Shown piece after piece: positions 14,501 through 29,500 of a stretch of DNA of 64,000 nt; positions within the stretch are counted from its first letter, which is position 1; each line of letters begins with the position of its first letter. The stretch is taken from assembly GCF_009914755.1 (NCBI RefSeq), contig NC_060948.1, one strand, 5' to 3'. Under the pieces are notes generated by a model that worked only from the letters and a program-made list of their open reading frames with translations, did not search any database and was not told the origin of the DNA. This stretch comes from the human T2T-CHM13v2.0 reference genome, Homo sapiens. A program made the position numbers and the translations under genes.

Positions 14501-17500
14501 TGGACTCGAATGGAATGGACTGCAATAGAAAGGATTCGAATGGAATGAAAAAGAATTGAATGGAATAGAACAGAATGGAATCAAATCGAATGAAATGGAA
14601 TGGAATAGAAAGGAATGGAATGAAATGGAATGGAAAGGATTCGAATGGAATGCAATCGAATGGAATGGAATCGAACGGAATGGAATAAAATGGAAGAAAA
14701 CTGGCAAGAAATGGAATCGAAATGAATGGAGTGTTATGGAACGGACTCAAAAGGAATTGAATGTAATAGAATGGAGTGGAGTGGACTCGAATATAATGGA
14801 CTGGAATGGAATGAAATCACATGGAATGGGAACGAATGGAATGGAATGGAAAGGAATGGAATCGAATGGAAAGGAATCGAATGGAAGGGAATGAAATTGA
14901 ATCAACAGGAATGGAAGGGAATAGAATAGACGGTAATGGAATGGACTCGAATAGAATGGACACGAATGCTCAAATTGAATGGACTCGAATGGAATGGAAA
15001 CGAAAGGAATGTCATCGAATGGAATTGAATCGATTGGAATGAAATCGCATAGAATGGAGTGGAATCAAATGGAATTGAATCGAAAGGAAAGGAAGCGAAT
15101 GGACTGAAATGAAATGGAATGGAATTGAATGGAAAGTAATGCAATGGAATAGAATGGAACGAAATTTCACGGAATGGAATCAAACTGAATGGAATCAAAT
15201 CAATGGAATCTAATCAAATGGAATGGAAAGGAATTGAATGGAGTAGATTGGATTGGATGGGATTGGAATGAAATGTACTGGAAAGGACTCGAATTTCATG
15301 AAACGGAATGGAATGAATTGGAACGGAACGGACTCGAATGGAATGGAATGTCATGGAATGGCATCAAATGGAATGGCATCAAATGGAATGGAATCGAATG
15401 CAATGGAATGCTATGGAATGGAATGGAATGCATTTTAATGGAATGTCCTCTAATGGAATGGATTCGAGTGGAATGGAATCGAATATAATGGAGTCGAATG
15501 AAATGGAATTGAAAGGAATGGGATCGAATACAATGGAATATACTGGAATGAAATGTAATGAACTCGAATGTAATTGACTGGAATGGAATGTACATGAATG
15601 GAATGTAATCGAATGGAAATTAATCCAATGGAATAGAATCTAATGCAATAAAATCGACTCAGATAGAGTAGAATGTAATGGAATGGAGTGCAGTGCAATG
15701 GAATGGAATGGAATGGAATGGAATGGAATGGAATGGAATGGAATGGAATGGTGTGGAATGGATAGTAATGGACTGGAGTGAAATGGACTGGAAAGGAATG
15801 GACTCAAATTGAAAGGGCTCGAAAGGAATGGAGTCAAATGGAATGGTCTGGAATGGAATGAACACGAATGTAATGCAATCCAATAGAATGGAATCGAATG
15901 GCATGGAATATAAAGAAATGGAATCGAAGAGAATGGAAACAAATGGAATGGAATTGAATGGAATGGAATTGAATGGAATGGGAACTAATGGAGTGAAATT
16001 GTATGCAGTAGAAGGGAATAGAATGGAATGCAAGCGAAAGGAAAGGAATGGATTGGAATGGAATGGAATTCATTGGAATGGAAGGGAATGTAGTGTAATG
16101 GACAGGCCTGGAATAAAGTGGAATGCTACGGTCTCGAATGGAATAAAAATGTATGGAATGGAATGCAATGAAATGGAATCGAATGTCATAGAATGTAATG
16201 GAATGCAAAAAAATGGAATCCAAAATCATTGACTGGAAAGGCTGGGTGTCGAAAGGAATTGACTCCAATGGAATGGAATCGAATGGAATGGAAGTGAATA
16301 GAATCGAACTAAATCGAATGGAATGGAATTGATAGGAACGGAATGGAAAGGAATGCAATGATTTGGCATGGAATGGAATCGAATGGCATCGAATGGAATG
16401 GAATGGAATGCAATGGAATGGAATGTATTAGAATGTAATGAACTTTAATGGAATGTACTCGAATGGATTCGACTGGAATGGAATGTTCTGGAAGTGAATG
16501 GACTCCAATGGAATGGATTCAAAAGGAATGGAATCGTACGGAATGGAATCTAATGGAATGGAATTAAATGGAAATGAATCAAATTGAATAGCACGGAATT
16601 GAATTGCATGGAATGGAATGCAATGGAATCTAATGAAACGGAAAGGAAAGGAATGGAATGGAATGGAATGGACTGGAATGGAAAGGAATCGAAACGAATG
16701 GAATGGAATCGAACTGAAGAGACTGGAATGGAATGCACTGGAATGGAAGGGAGTGTAATGGAAGGTTCTCGAAAAAAATGGAATCGAATGGAATGGAATT
16801 GAATGGAACGGAATAGAGTCGAATGGAATTGAATGGAATGGAATGGACTAGAGTGAAATGGAATTGAACCACAAGGAATGGACATGAATAGAATGGTCTC
16901 GAATTGAATGGAATCGTATGGAATGGCATCAAACGGAATGGAGTGGACAGCCACGGAATGGAATGCACTCGAATGCAATGGAGTCGAAACTAATGGACTG
17001 GAATAGAATGGACTCGACTGGTACGGACTCCAATGGAATGGAATCGAATGGAAGGGAATCGAACGGAAGGGAATCGAAGGGAAAAGACTGCAATGGAAAG
17101 GTCTCGAATGGAATGGAAATTAATGGAATGGAATGGAATCGAATGAAATGGAGTCAAAAGGAATGGAATCGAATGGCAAGAAATCGAATGTAATGGAATC
17201 ACAAGGAATTGATGTGAACGGAACGGAATGGAATGGAATCCAAAGGAATGGAATAGAATGGAATGGAATCGAATGGAAAGGACTCGAATGGAAATCACTC
17301 GAATAGAATGCAATTTAATAAAATAGGATCAAATGTAATGGAATGGAATGGAAAGGAATCGAAACGAAAGGAATGGAGACAGATGGAATGGAATGGAACA
17401 GAGAGCAATGGTATAGAATGGAATGGAATCATCTGGAATGGAATTGAATGGAATGGAATAATATGAAATGGAATGGAATGGAATGGAATGGAATGCCCTT

Positions 17501-20500
17501 GAATTAAATGGACTGGAATGGAATGGACTCGAACAGAGTGGAATGGAAAGTGTTGAGGTAGAATGGAATGGACTCCTTTGGAATGGTGTAGTATGCAATG
17601 CAATCGACTGGCAGGGAATCAAAAGGAATGTAATCGAATGGATTGGACTGGAATGCAATGGACTCGAATAGATTGCAAACGGAATGCAAAGGAATGGAAT
17701 GGAATAGTATGGAATGGAATGGAAAGGAACGGAGTGGAATAGACTAGAGTGGAATGGAATGGACTGGAAAGCAATGGACTGGAATGGAACTTTCTTGAAT
17801 GGACTGGAATCAAACGGAATGGAATGCAATGCAATCAAATGGCATGGAATAAAATAGAATGAAAGAGAATCAAATGGAATTGAATCGAATGGAATCGAAT
17901 GGATTGGAAAGGAATAGAATGGAATGGAATGGAATGGACTCAAATGGAATGGACTAGAATGGAATGGATTCGAATGGAAGGCAAAGGAATGGAATCTATT
18001 GGAATGGACTGTAATGGAATGGAATGGAAGGGATTGGAATGGACTCGAATGGAATGGACTGCAATAGAAAGGATTCGAATGGAATGAAAAAGAATTGAAT
18101 GGAATAGAACAGAATGGAATCAAATCGAATGAAATGGAATGGAATAGAAAGGAATGGAATGAAATGGAATGGAAAGGATTCGAATGGAATGCAATCGAAT
18201 GGAATGGAATCGAACGGAATGGAATAAAATGGAAGAAAACTGGCAAGAAATGGAATCGAAATGAATGGAGTGTTATGGAACGGACTCAAAAGGAATTGAA
18301 TGTAATAGAATGGAGTGGAGTGGACTCGAATATAATGGACTGGAATGGAATGAAATCACATGGAATGGGAACGAATGGAATGGAATGGAAAGGAATGGAA
18401 TCGAATGGAAAGGAATCGAATGGAAGGGAATGAAATTGAATCAACAGGAATGGAAGGGAATAGAATAGACGGTAATGGAATGGACTCGAATAGAATGGAC
18501 ACGAATGCTCAAATTGAATGGACTCGAATGGAATGGAAACGAAAGGAATGTCATCGAATGGAATTGAATCGATTGGAATGAAATCGCATAGAATGGAGTG
18601 GAATCAAATGGAATTGAATCGAAAGGAAAGGAAGCGAATGGACTGAAATGAAATGGAATGGAATTGAATGGAAAGTAATGCAATGGAATAGAATGGAACG
18701 AAATTTCACGGAATGGAATCAAACTGAATGGAATCAAATCAATGGAATCTAATCAAATGGAATGGAAAGGAATTGAATGGAGTAGATGGGATTGGATGGG
18801 ATTGGAATGAAATGTACTGGAAAGGACTCGAATTTCATGAAACGGAATGGAATGAATTGGAACGGAATGGACTCGAATGGAATGGAATGTCATGGAATGG
18901 CATCAAATGGAATGGCATCAAATGGAATGGAATCGAATGCAATGGAATGCTATGGAATGGAATGGAATGCATTGGAATGGAATGTCCTCTAATGGAATGG
19001 ATTCGAGTGGAATGGAATCGAATATAATGGAGTCGAATGAAATGGAATTGAAAGGAATGGGATCGAATACAATGGAATATACTGGAATGTAATGTAATGA
19101 ACTCGAATGTAATTGACTGGAATGGAATGTACATGAATGGAATGTAATCGAATGGAAAGTAATCCAATGGAATAGAATCTAATGCAATAAAATCGACTCA
19201 GATAGAGTAGAATGTAATGGAATGGAGTGCAGTGCAATGGAATGGAATGGAATGGAATGCAATTGAATGGAATGGAATGGAATGGAATGGAATGGAATGG
19301 GATGGAATGGTATGGAATGGATAGTAATGGACTGGAGTGAAATGGACTGGAAAGGAATGGACTCAAATTGAAAGGGCTCGAAAGGAATGGAGTCAAATGG
19401 AATGGTCTGGAATGGAATGAACACGAATGTAATGCAATCCAATAGAATGGAATCGAATGGCATGGAATATAAAGAAATGGAATCGGAGAGAATGGAAACA
19501 AATGGAATGGAATTGAATGGAATGGAATTGAATGGAATGGGAACGAATGGAGTGAAATTGTATGCAGTAGAAGGGAATAGAATGGAATGCAAGCGAAAGG
19601 AAAGGAATGGATTGGAATGGAATGGAATTCATTGGAATGGAAGGGAATGTAGTGTAATGGACAGGCCTGGAATAAAGTGGAATGCTACGGTCTCGAATGG
19701 AATAAAAATGTATGGAATGGAATGCAATGAAATGGAATCGAATGTCATAGAATGTAATGGAATGCAACAAAATGGAATCCAATATCATTGACTGGAAAGG
19801 CTGGGTGTCGAAAGGAATTGACTCCAATGGAATGGAATCGAATGGAATGGAAGTGAATAGAATCGAACTAAATCGAATGGAATGGAATTGATAGGAACGG
19901 AATGGAAAGGAATGCAATGATTTGGCATGGAATGGAATCGAATGGCATCGAATGGAATGGAATGGAATGCAATGGAATGGAATGTATTAGAATGTAATGA
20001 ACTTTAATGGAATGTACTCGAATGGATTCGACTGGAATGGAATGTTCTGGAAGTGAATGGACTCCAATGGAATGGATTCAAAAGGAATGGAATCGTACGG
20101 AATGGAATCTAATGGAATGGAATTAAATGGAAATGAATCAAATTGAATAGCACGGAATTGAATTGAATGGAATGGAATGCAATGGAATCTAATGAAACGG
20201 AAAGGAAAGGAATGGAATGGAATGGAATGGGCTGGAATGGAAAGGAATCGAAACGAATGGAATGGAATCGAACTGAAGAGACTGGAATGGAATGCACTGG
20301 AATGGAAGGGAGTGTAATGGAAGGTTCTCGAAAAAAATGGAATCGAATGGAATGCAATTGAATGGAACGGAATAGAGTCGAATGGAATTGAATGGAATGG
20401 AATGGACTAGAGTGAAATGGAATCGAACCACAAGGAATGGAGAGGAATAGAATGGTCTCGAATTGAATGGAATCGTATGGAATGGCATCAAACGGAATGG

Positions 20501-23500
20501 AATGGACAGCCACGGAATGGAATGCACTCGAATGCAATGGAGTCGAAACTAATGGACTGGAATAGAATGGACTCGACTGGTACGGACTCCAATGGAATGG
20601 AATCGAATGGAAGGGAATCGAACGGAATGGACTCGAAGGGAAAAGACTGCAATGGAAAGGTCTCGAATGGAATGGAAATTAATGGAATGGAATGGAATCG
20701 AATGAAATGGAGTCAAAAGTAATGGAATCGAATGGCAAGAAATCGAATGTAATGGAATCGCAAGGAATTGATGTGAACGGAGCGGAATGGAATGGAATCC
20801 AAAGGAATGGAATAGAATGGAATGGAATCGAATGGAAAGGACTCGAATGGAAATCACTCGAATAGAATGCAATTTAATAAAATAGGATCAAATGTAATGG
20901 AATGGAATGGAAAGGAATCGAAACGAAAGGAATGGAGACAGATGGAATGGAATGGAACAGAGAGCAATGGTATAGAATGGAATGGAATCATCTGGAATGG
21001 AATTGAATGGAATGGAATAATATGAAATGGAATGGAATGGAATGGAATGGAATGCCCTTGAATTGAATGGACTGGAATGGAATGGACTCGAACAGAGTGG
21101 AATGGAAAGTGTTGAGATAGAATGGAATGGACTCCTTTGGAATGGTCTAGTATGCAATGCAATCGACTGGCAGGGAATCAAAAGGAATGTAATCGAATGG
21201 ATTGGACTGGAATGCAATGGACTCGAATAGATTGGAAACGGAATGCAAAGGAATGGAATGGAATAGTATGGAATGGAATGGAAAGGAATGGAGTGGAATA
21301 GACTAGAGTGGAATGGAATGGACTGGAAAGCAATGGACTGGAATGGAACTTTCTTGAATGGACTGGAATCAAACGGAATGGAATGCAATGCAATCAAATG
21401 GCATGGAATAAAATAGAATGAAAGAGAATCAAATGGAATTGAATCGAATGGAATCGAATGGATTGGAAAGGAATAGAATGGAATGGAATGGAATTGACTC
21501 AAATGGAATGGACTAGAATGGAATGGATTCGAATGGAAGGCAAAGGAATGGAATCTATTGGAATGGACTGTAATGGAATGGAATGGAAGGGATTGGAATG
21601 GACTCGAATGGAATGGACTGCAATAGAAAGGATTCGAATGGAATGAAAAAGAATTGAATGGAATAGAACAGAATGGAATCAAATCGAATGAAATGGAATG
21701 GAATAGAAAGGAATGGAATGAAATGGAATGGAAAGGATTCGAATGGAATGCAATCGAATGGAATGGAATCGAACGGAATGGAATAAAATGGAAGAAAACT
21801 GGCAAGAAATGGAATCGAAATGAATGGAGTGTTATGGAACGGACTCAAAAGGAATTGAATGTAATAGAATGGAGTGGAGTGGACTCGAATATAATGGACT
21901 GGAATGGAATGAAATCACATGGAATGGGAACGAATGGAATGGAATGGAAAGGAATGGAATCGAATGGAAAGGAATCGAATGGAAGGGAATGAAATTGAAT
22001 CAGCAGGAATGGAAGGGAATAGAATAGACGGTAATGGAATGGACTCGAATAGAATGGACACGAATGCTCAAATTGAATGGACTCGAATGGAATGGAAACG
22101 AAAGGAATGTCATCGAATGGAATTGAATCGATTGGAATGAAATCGCATAGAATGGAGTGGAATCAAATGGAATTGAATCGAAAGGAAAGGAAGCGAATGG
22201 ACTGAAATGAAATGGAATGGAATTGAATGGAAAGTAATGCAATGGAATAGAATGGAACGAAATTTCACGGAATGGAATCAAACTGAATGGAATCAAATCA
22301 ATGGAATCTAATCAAATGGAATGGAAAGGAATTGAATGGAGTAGATTGGATTGGATGGGATTGGAATGAAATGTACTGGAAAGGACTCGAATTTCATGAA
22401 ACGGAATGGAATGAATTGGAACGGAATGGACTCGAATGGAATGGAATGTCATGGAATGGCATCAAATGGAATGGCATCAAATGGAATGGAATCGAATGCA
22501 ATGGAATGTTATGGAATGGAATGGAATGCATTGGAATGGAATGTCCTCTAATGGAATGGATTCGAGTGGAATGGAATCGAATATAATGGAGTCGAATGAA
22601 ATGGAATTGAAAGGAATGGGATCGAATAGAATGGAATATACTGGAATGTAATGTAATGAACTCGAATGTAATTGACTGGAATGGAATGTACATGAATGGA
22701 AGGTAATCGAATGGAAAGTAATCCAATGGAATAGAATCTAATGCAATAAAACCGACTCAGATAGAGTAGAATGTAATGGAATGGAATGCAGTGCAATGGA
22801 ATGGAATGGAATTGAATGCAATGGAATGGAATGGAATGGAATGGAATGGAATGGAATGGAATGGAATGGAATGGAATGGGATGGAATGGTATGGAATGGA
22901 TAGTAATGGACTGGAGTGAAATGGACTGGAAAGGAATGGACTCAAATTGAAAGGGCTCGAAAGGAATGGAGTCAAATGGAATGGTCTGGAATGGAATGAA
23001 CACGAATGTAATGCAATCCAATAGAATGGAATCGAATGGCATGGAATATAAAGAAATGGATTCGAAGAGAATGGAAACAAATGGAATGGAATTGAATGGA
23101 ATGGAATTGAATGGAATGGGAACGAATGGAGTGAAATTGTATGCAGTAGAAGGGAATAGAATGGAATGCAAGCGAAAGGAAAGGAATGGATTGGAATGGA
23201 ATGGAATTCATTGGAATGGAAGGGAATGTAGTGTAATGGACAGGCCTGGAATAAAGTGGAATGCTACGGTCTCGAATGGAATAAAAATGTATGGAATGGA
23301 ATGCAATGAAACGGAATCGAATGTCATAGAATGTAATGGAATGCAAAAAAATGGAATCCAAAATCATTGACTGGAAAGGCTGGGTGTCGAAAGGAATTGA
23401 CTGCAATGGAATGGAATCGAATGGAATGGAAGTGAATAGAATCGAACTAAATCGAATGGAATGGAATTGATAGGAACGGAATGGAAAGGAATGCAATGAT

Positions 23501-26500
23501 TTGGCATGGAATGGAATCGAATGGCATCGAATGGAATGGAATGGAATGTATTAGAATGTAATGAACTTTAATGGAATGTACTCGAATGGATTCGACTGGA
23601 ATGGAATGTTCTGGAAGTGAATGGACTCCAATGGAATGGATTCAAAAGGAATGGAATCGTACGGAATGGAATCTAATGGAATGGAATTAAATGGAAATGA
23701 ATCAAATTGAATAGCACGGAATTGAATTGAATGGAATCGAATGCAATGGAATCTAATGAAACGGAAAGGAAAGGAATGGAATGGAATGGAATGGGCTGGA
23801 ATGGAAAGGAATCGAAACGAATGGAATGGAATCGAACTGAAGAGACTGGAATGGAATGCACTGGAATGGAAGGGAGTGTAATGGAAGGTTCTCAAGAAAA
23901 ATGGAATCGAATGGAATGGAATTGAATGGAACGGAATAGAGTCGAATGGAATTGAATGGAATGGAATGGACTAGAGTGAAATGGAATCGAACCACAAGGA
24001 ATGGACAGGAATAGAATGGTCTCGAATTGAATGGAATCGTATGGAATGGCATCAAACGGAATGGAATGGACAGCCACGGAATGGAATGCACTCGAATGCA
24101 ATGGAGTCGAAACTAATGGACTGGAATAGAATGGACTCGACTGGTACGGACTCCAATGGAATGGAATCGAATGGAAGGGAATCGAACGGAATGGACTCGA
24201 AGGGAAAAGACTGCAATGGAAAGGTCTCGAATGGAATGGAAATTAATGGAATGGAATGGAATCGAATGAAATGGAGTCAAAAGGAATGGAATCGAATGGC
24301 AAGAAATCGAATGTAATGGAATCGCAAGGAATTGATGTGAACGGAACGGAATGGAATGGAATCCAAAGGAATGGAATAGAATGGAATGGAATCGAATGGA
24401 AAGGACTCGAATGGAAATCACTCGAATAGAATGCAATTTAATAAAATAGGATCAAATGTAATGGAATGGAATGGAAAGGAATCGAAACGAAAGGAATGGA
24501 GACAGATGGAATGGAATAGAACAGAGAGCAATGGTATAGAATGGAATGGAATCATCTGGAATGGAATTGAATGGAATGGAATAATATGAAATGGAATGGA
24601 ATGGAATGGAATGGAATGCCCTTGAATTAAATGGACTGGAATGGAATGGACTCGAACAGAGTGGAATGGAAAGTGTTGAGATAGAATGGAATGGACTCCT
24701 TTGGAATGGTGTAGTATGCAGTGCAATCGACTGGCAGGGAATCAAAAGGAATGTAATGGAATGGATTGGACTGGAATGCAATGGACTCGAATAGATTGGA
24801 AACGGAATGCAAAGGAATGGAATGGAATAGTATGGAATGGAATGGAAAGGAATGGAGTGGAATAGACTAGAGTGGAATGGAATGGACTGGAAAGCAATGG
24901 ACTGGAATGGAACTTTCTTGAATGGACTGAAATCAAACGGAATGGAATGCAATGCAATCAAATGGCATGGAATAAAATAGAATGAAAGAGAATCAAATGG
25001 AATTGAATCGAATGGAATCGAATGGATTGGAAAGGAATAGAATGGAATTGAATGGAATGGACTCAAATGGAATGGACTAGAATGGAATGGATTCGAATGG
25101 AAGGCAAAGGAATGGAATCTATTGGAATGGACTGTAATGGAATGGAATGGAAGGGATTGGAATGGACTCGAATGGAATGGACTGCAATAGAAAGGATTCG
25201 AATGGAATGAAAAAGAATTGAATGGAATAGAACAGAATGGAATCAAATCGAATGAAATGGAATGGAATAGAAAGGAATGGAATGAAATGGAATGGAAAGG
25301 ATTCGAATGGAATGCAATCGAATGGAATGGAATCGAACGGAATGGAATAAAATGGAAGAAAACTGGCAAGAAATGGAATCGAAATGAATGGAGTGTTATG
25401 GAACGGACTCAAAAGGAATTGAATGTAATAGAATGGAGTGGAGTGGACTCGAATATAATGGACTGGAATGGAATGAAATCACATGGAATGGGAACGAATG
25501 GAATGGAATGGAAAGGAATGGAATCGAATGGAAAGGAATCGAATGGAAGGGAATGAAATTGAATCAACAGGAATGGAAGGGAATAGAATAGACGGTAATG
25601 GAATGGACTCGAATAGAATGGACACGAATGCTCAAATTGAATGGACTCGAATGGAATGGAAACGAAAGGAATGTCATCGAATGGAATTGAATCGATTGGA
25701 ATGAAATCGCATAGAATGGAGTGGAATCAAATGGAATTGAATCGAAAGGAAAGGAAGCGAATGGACTGAATTGAAATGGAATGGAATTGAATGGAAAGTA
25801 ATGCAATGGAATAGAATGGAACGAAATTTCACGGAATGGAATCAAACTGAATGGAATCAAATCAATGGAATCAAATCAAATGGAATGGAAAGGAATTGAA
25901 TGGAGTAGATTGGATTGGATGGGATTGGAATGAAATGTACTGGAAAGGACTCGAATTTCATGAAACGGAATGGAATGAATTGGAACGGAATGGACTCGAA
26001 TGGAATGGAATGTCATGGAATGGCATCAAATGGAATGGAATCGAATGCAATGGAATGCTATGGAATGGAATGGAATGCATTGGAATGGAATGTCCTCTAA
26101 TGGAATGGATTCGAGTGGAATGGAATCGAATATAATGGAGTCGAATGAAATGGAATTGAAAGGAATGGGATCGAATACAATGGAATATACTGGAATGTAA
26201 TGTAATGAACTCGAATGTAATTGACTGGAATGGAATGTACATGAATGGAATGTAATCGAATGGGAAGTAATCCAATGGAATAGAATCTAATGCAATAAAA
26301 TCGACTCAGATAGAGTAGAATGTAATGGAATGGAGTGCAGTGCAATGGAATGGAATGGAATGGAATGCAATTGAATGGAATGGAATGGAATGGAATGGAA
26401 TGGAATGGAATGGAATGGGATGGAATGGTATGGAATGGATAGTAATGGACTGGAGTGAAATGGACTGGAAAGGAATGGACTCAAATTGAAAGGGCTCGAA

Positions 26501-29500
26501 AGGAATGGAGTCAAATGGAATGGTCTGGAATGGAATGAACACGAATGTAATGCAATCCAATAGAATGGAATCGAATGGCATGGAATATAAAGAAATGGAA
26601 TCGGAGAGAATGGAAACAAATGGAGTGGAATTGAATGGAATGGAATTGAATGGAATGGGAACGAATGGAGTGAAATTGTATGCAGTAGAAGGGAATAGAA
26701 TGGAATGCAAGCGAAAGGAAAGGAATGGATTGGAATGGAATGGAATTCATTGGAATGGAAGGGAATGGAGTGTAATGGACAGGCCTTGAATAAAGTGGAA
26801 TGCTACGGTCTCGAATGGAATAAAAATGTATGGAATGGAATGCAATGAAATGGAATCGAATGTCATAGAATGTAATGGAATGCAACAAAATGGAATCCAA
26901 AATCATTGACTGGAAAGGCTGGGTGTCGAAAGGAATTGACTCCAATGGAATGGAATCGAATGGAATGGAAGTGAATAGAATCGAACTAAATCGAATGGAA
27001 TGGAATTGATAGGAACGGAATGGAAAGGAATGCAATGATTTGGCATGGAATGGAATCGAATGGCATCGAATGGAATGGAATGGAATGCAATGGAATGGAA
27101 TGTATTAGAATGTAATGAACTTTAATGGAATGTACTCGAATGGATTCGACTGGAATGGAATGTTCTGGAAGTGAATGGACTCCAATGGAATGGATTCAAA
27201 AGGAATGGAATCGTACGGAATGGAATCTAATGGAATGGAATTAAATGGAAATGAATCAAATTGAATAGCACGGAATTGAATTGAATGGAATGGAATGCAA
27301 TGGAATCTAACGAAACGGAAAGGAAAGGAATGCAATGGAATGGAATGGGCTGGAATGGAAAGGAATCGAAACGAATGGAATGGAATCGAACTGAAGAGAC
27401 TGGAATGGAATGCACTGGAATGGAAGGGAGTGTAATGGAAGGTTCTCGAAAAAAATGGAATCGAATGGAATGGAATTGAATGGAACGGAATAGAGTCGAA
27501 TGGAATTGAATGGAATGGAATGGACTAGAGTGAAATGGAATCGAACCACAAGGAATGGACAGGAATAGAATGGTCTCGAATTGAATGGAATCGTATGGAA
27601 TGGCATCAAACGGAATGGAATGGACAGCCACGGAATGGAATGCACTCGAATGCAATGGAGTCGAAACTAATGGACTGGAATAGAATGGACTCGACTGGTA
27701 CGGACTCCAATGGAATGGAATCGAATGGAAGGGAATCGAACGGAATGGACTCGAAGGGAAAAGACTGCAATGGAAAGGTCTCGAATGGAATGGAAATTAA
27801 TGGAATGGAATGGAATCGAATGAAATGGAGTCAAAAGGAATGGAATCGAATGGCAAGAAATCGAATGTAATGGAATCGCAAGGAATTGATGTGAACGGAA
27901 CGGAATGGAATGGAATCCAAAGGAATGGAATAGAATGGAATGGAATCGAATGGAAAGGACTCGAATGGAAATCACTCGAATAGAATGCAATTTAATAAAA
28001 TAGGATCAAATGTAATGGAATGGAATGGAAAGGAATCGAAACGAAAGGAATGGAGACAGATGGAATGGAATGGAACAGAGAGCAATGGTATAGAAGGGAA
28101 TGGAATCATCTGGAATGGAATTGAATGGAATGGAATAATATGAAATGGAATGGAATGGAATGGAATGGAATGCCCTTGAATTAAATGGACTGGAATGGAA
28201 TGGACTCGAACAGAGTGGAATGGAAAGTGTTGAGATAGAATGGAATGGACTCCTTTGGAATGGTGTAGTATGCAATGCAATCGACTGGCAGGGAATCAAA
28301 AGGAATGTAATCGAATGGATTGGACTGGAATGCAATGGACTCGAATAGATTGGAAACGGAATGCAAAGGAATGGAATGGAATAGTATGGAATGGAATGGA
28401 AAGGAATGGAGTGGAATAGACTAGAGTGGAATGGAATGGACTGGAAAGCAATGGACTGGAATGGAACTTTCTTGAATGGACTGGAATCAAACGGAATGGA
28501 ATGCAATGCAATCAAATGGCATGGAATAAAATAGAATGAAAGAGAATCAAATGGAATTGAATCGAATGGAATCGAATGGATTGGAAAGGAATAGAATGGA
28601 ATGGAATGGAATGGACTAGAATGGAATGGATTCGAATGGAAGGCAAAGGAATGGAATCTATTGGAATGGACTGTAATGGAATGGAATGGAAGGGATTGGA
28701 ATGGACTCGAATGGAATGGACTGCAATAGAAAGGATTCGAATGGAATGAAAAAGAATTGAATGGAATAGAACAGAATGGAATCAAATCGAATGAAATGGA
28801 ATGGAATAGAAAGGAATGGAATGAAATGGAATGGAAAGGATTCGAATGGAATGCAATCGAATGGAATGGAATCGAACGGAATGGAATAAAATGGAAGAAA
28901 ACTGGCAAGAAATGGAATCGAAATGAATGGAGTGTTATGGAATGGACTCAAAAGGAATTGAATGTAATAGAATGGAGTGGAGTGGACTCGAATATAATGG
29001 ACTGGAATGGAATGAAATCACATGGAATGGGAACGAATGGAATGGAATGGAAAGGAATGGAATCGAATGGAAAGGAATCGAATGGAAGGGAATGAAATTG
29101 AATCAACAGGAATGGAAGGGAATAGAATAGACGGTAATGGAATGGACTCGAATAGAATGGACACGAATGCTCAAATTGAATGGACTCGAATGGAATGGAA
29201 ACGAAAGGAATGTCATCGAATGGAATTGAATCGATTGGAATGAAATCGCATAGAATGGAGTGGAATCAAATGGAATTGAATCGAAAGGAAAGGAAGCGAA
29301 TGGACTGAAATGAAATGGAATGGAATTGAATGGAAAGTAATGCAATGGAATAGAATGGAACGAAATTTCACGGAATGGAATCAAACTGAATGGAATCAAA
29401 TCAATGGAATCTAATCAAATGGAATGGAAAGGAATTGAATGGAGTAGATTGGATTGGATGGGATTGGAATGAAATGTACTGGAAAGGACTCGAATTTCAT

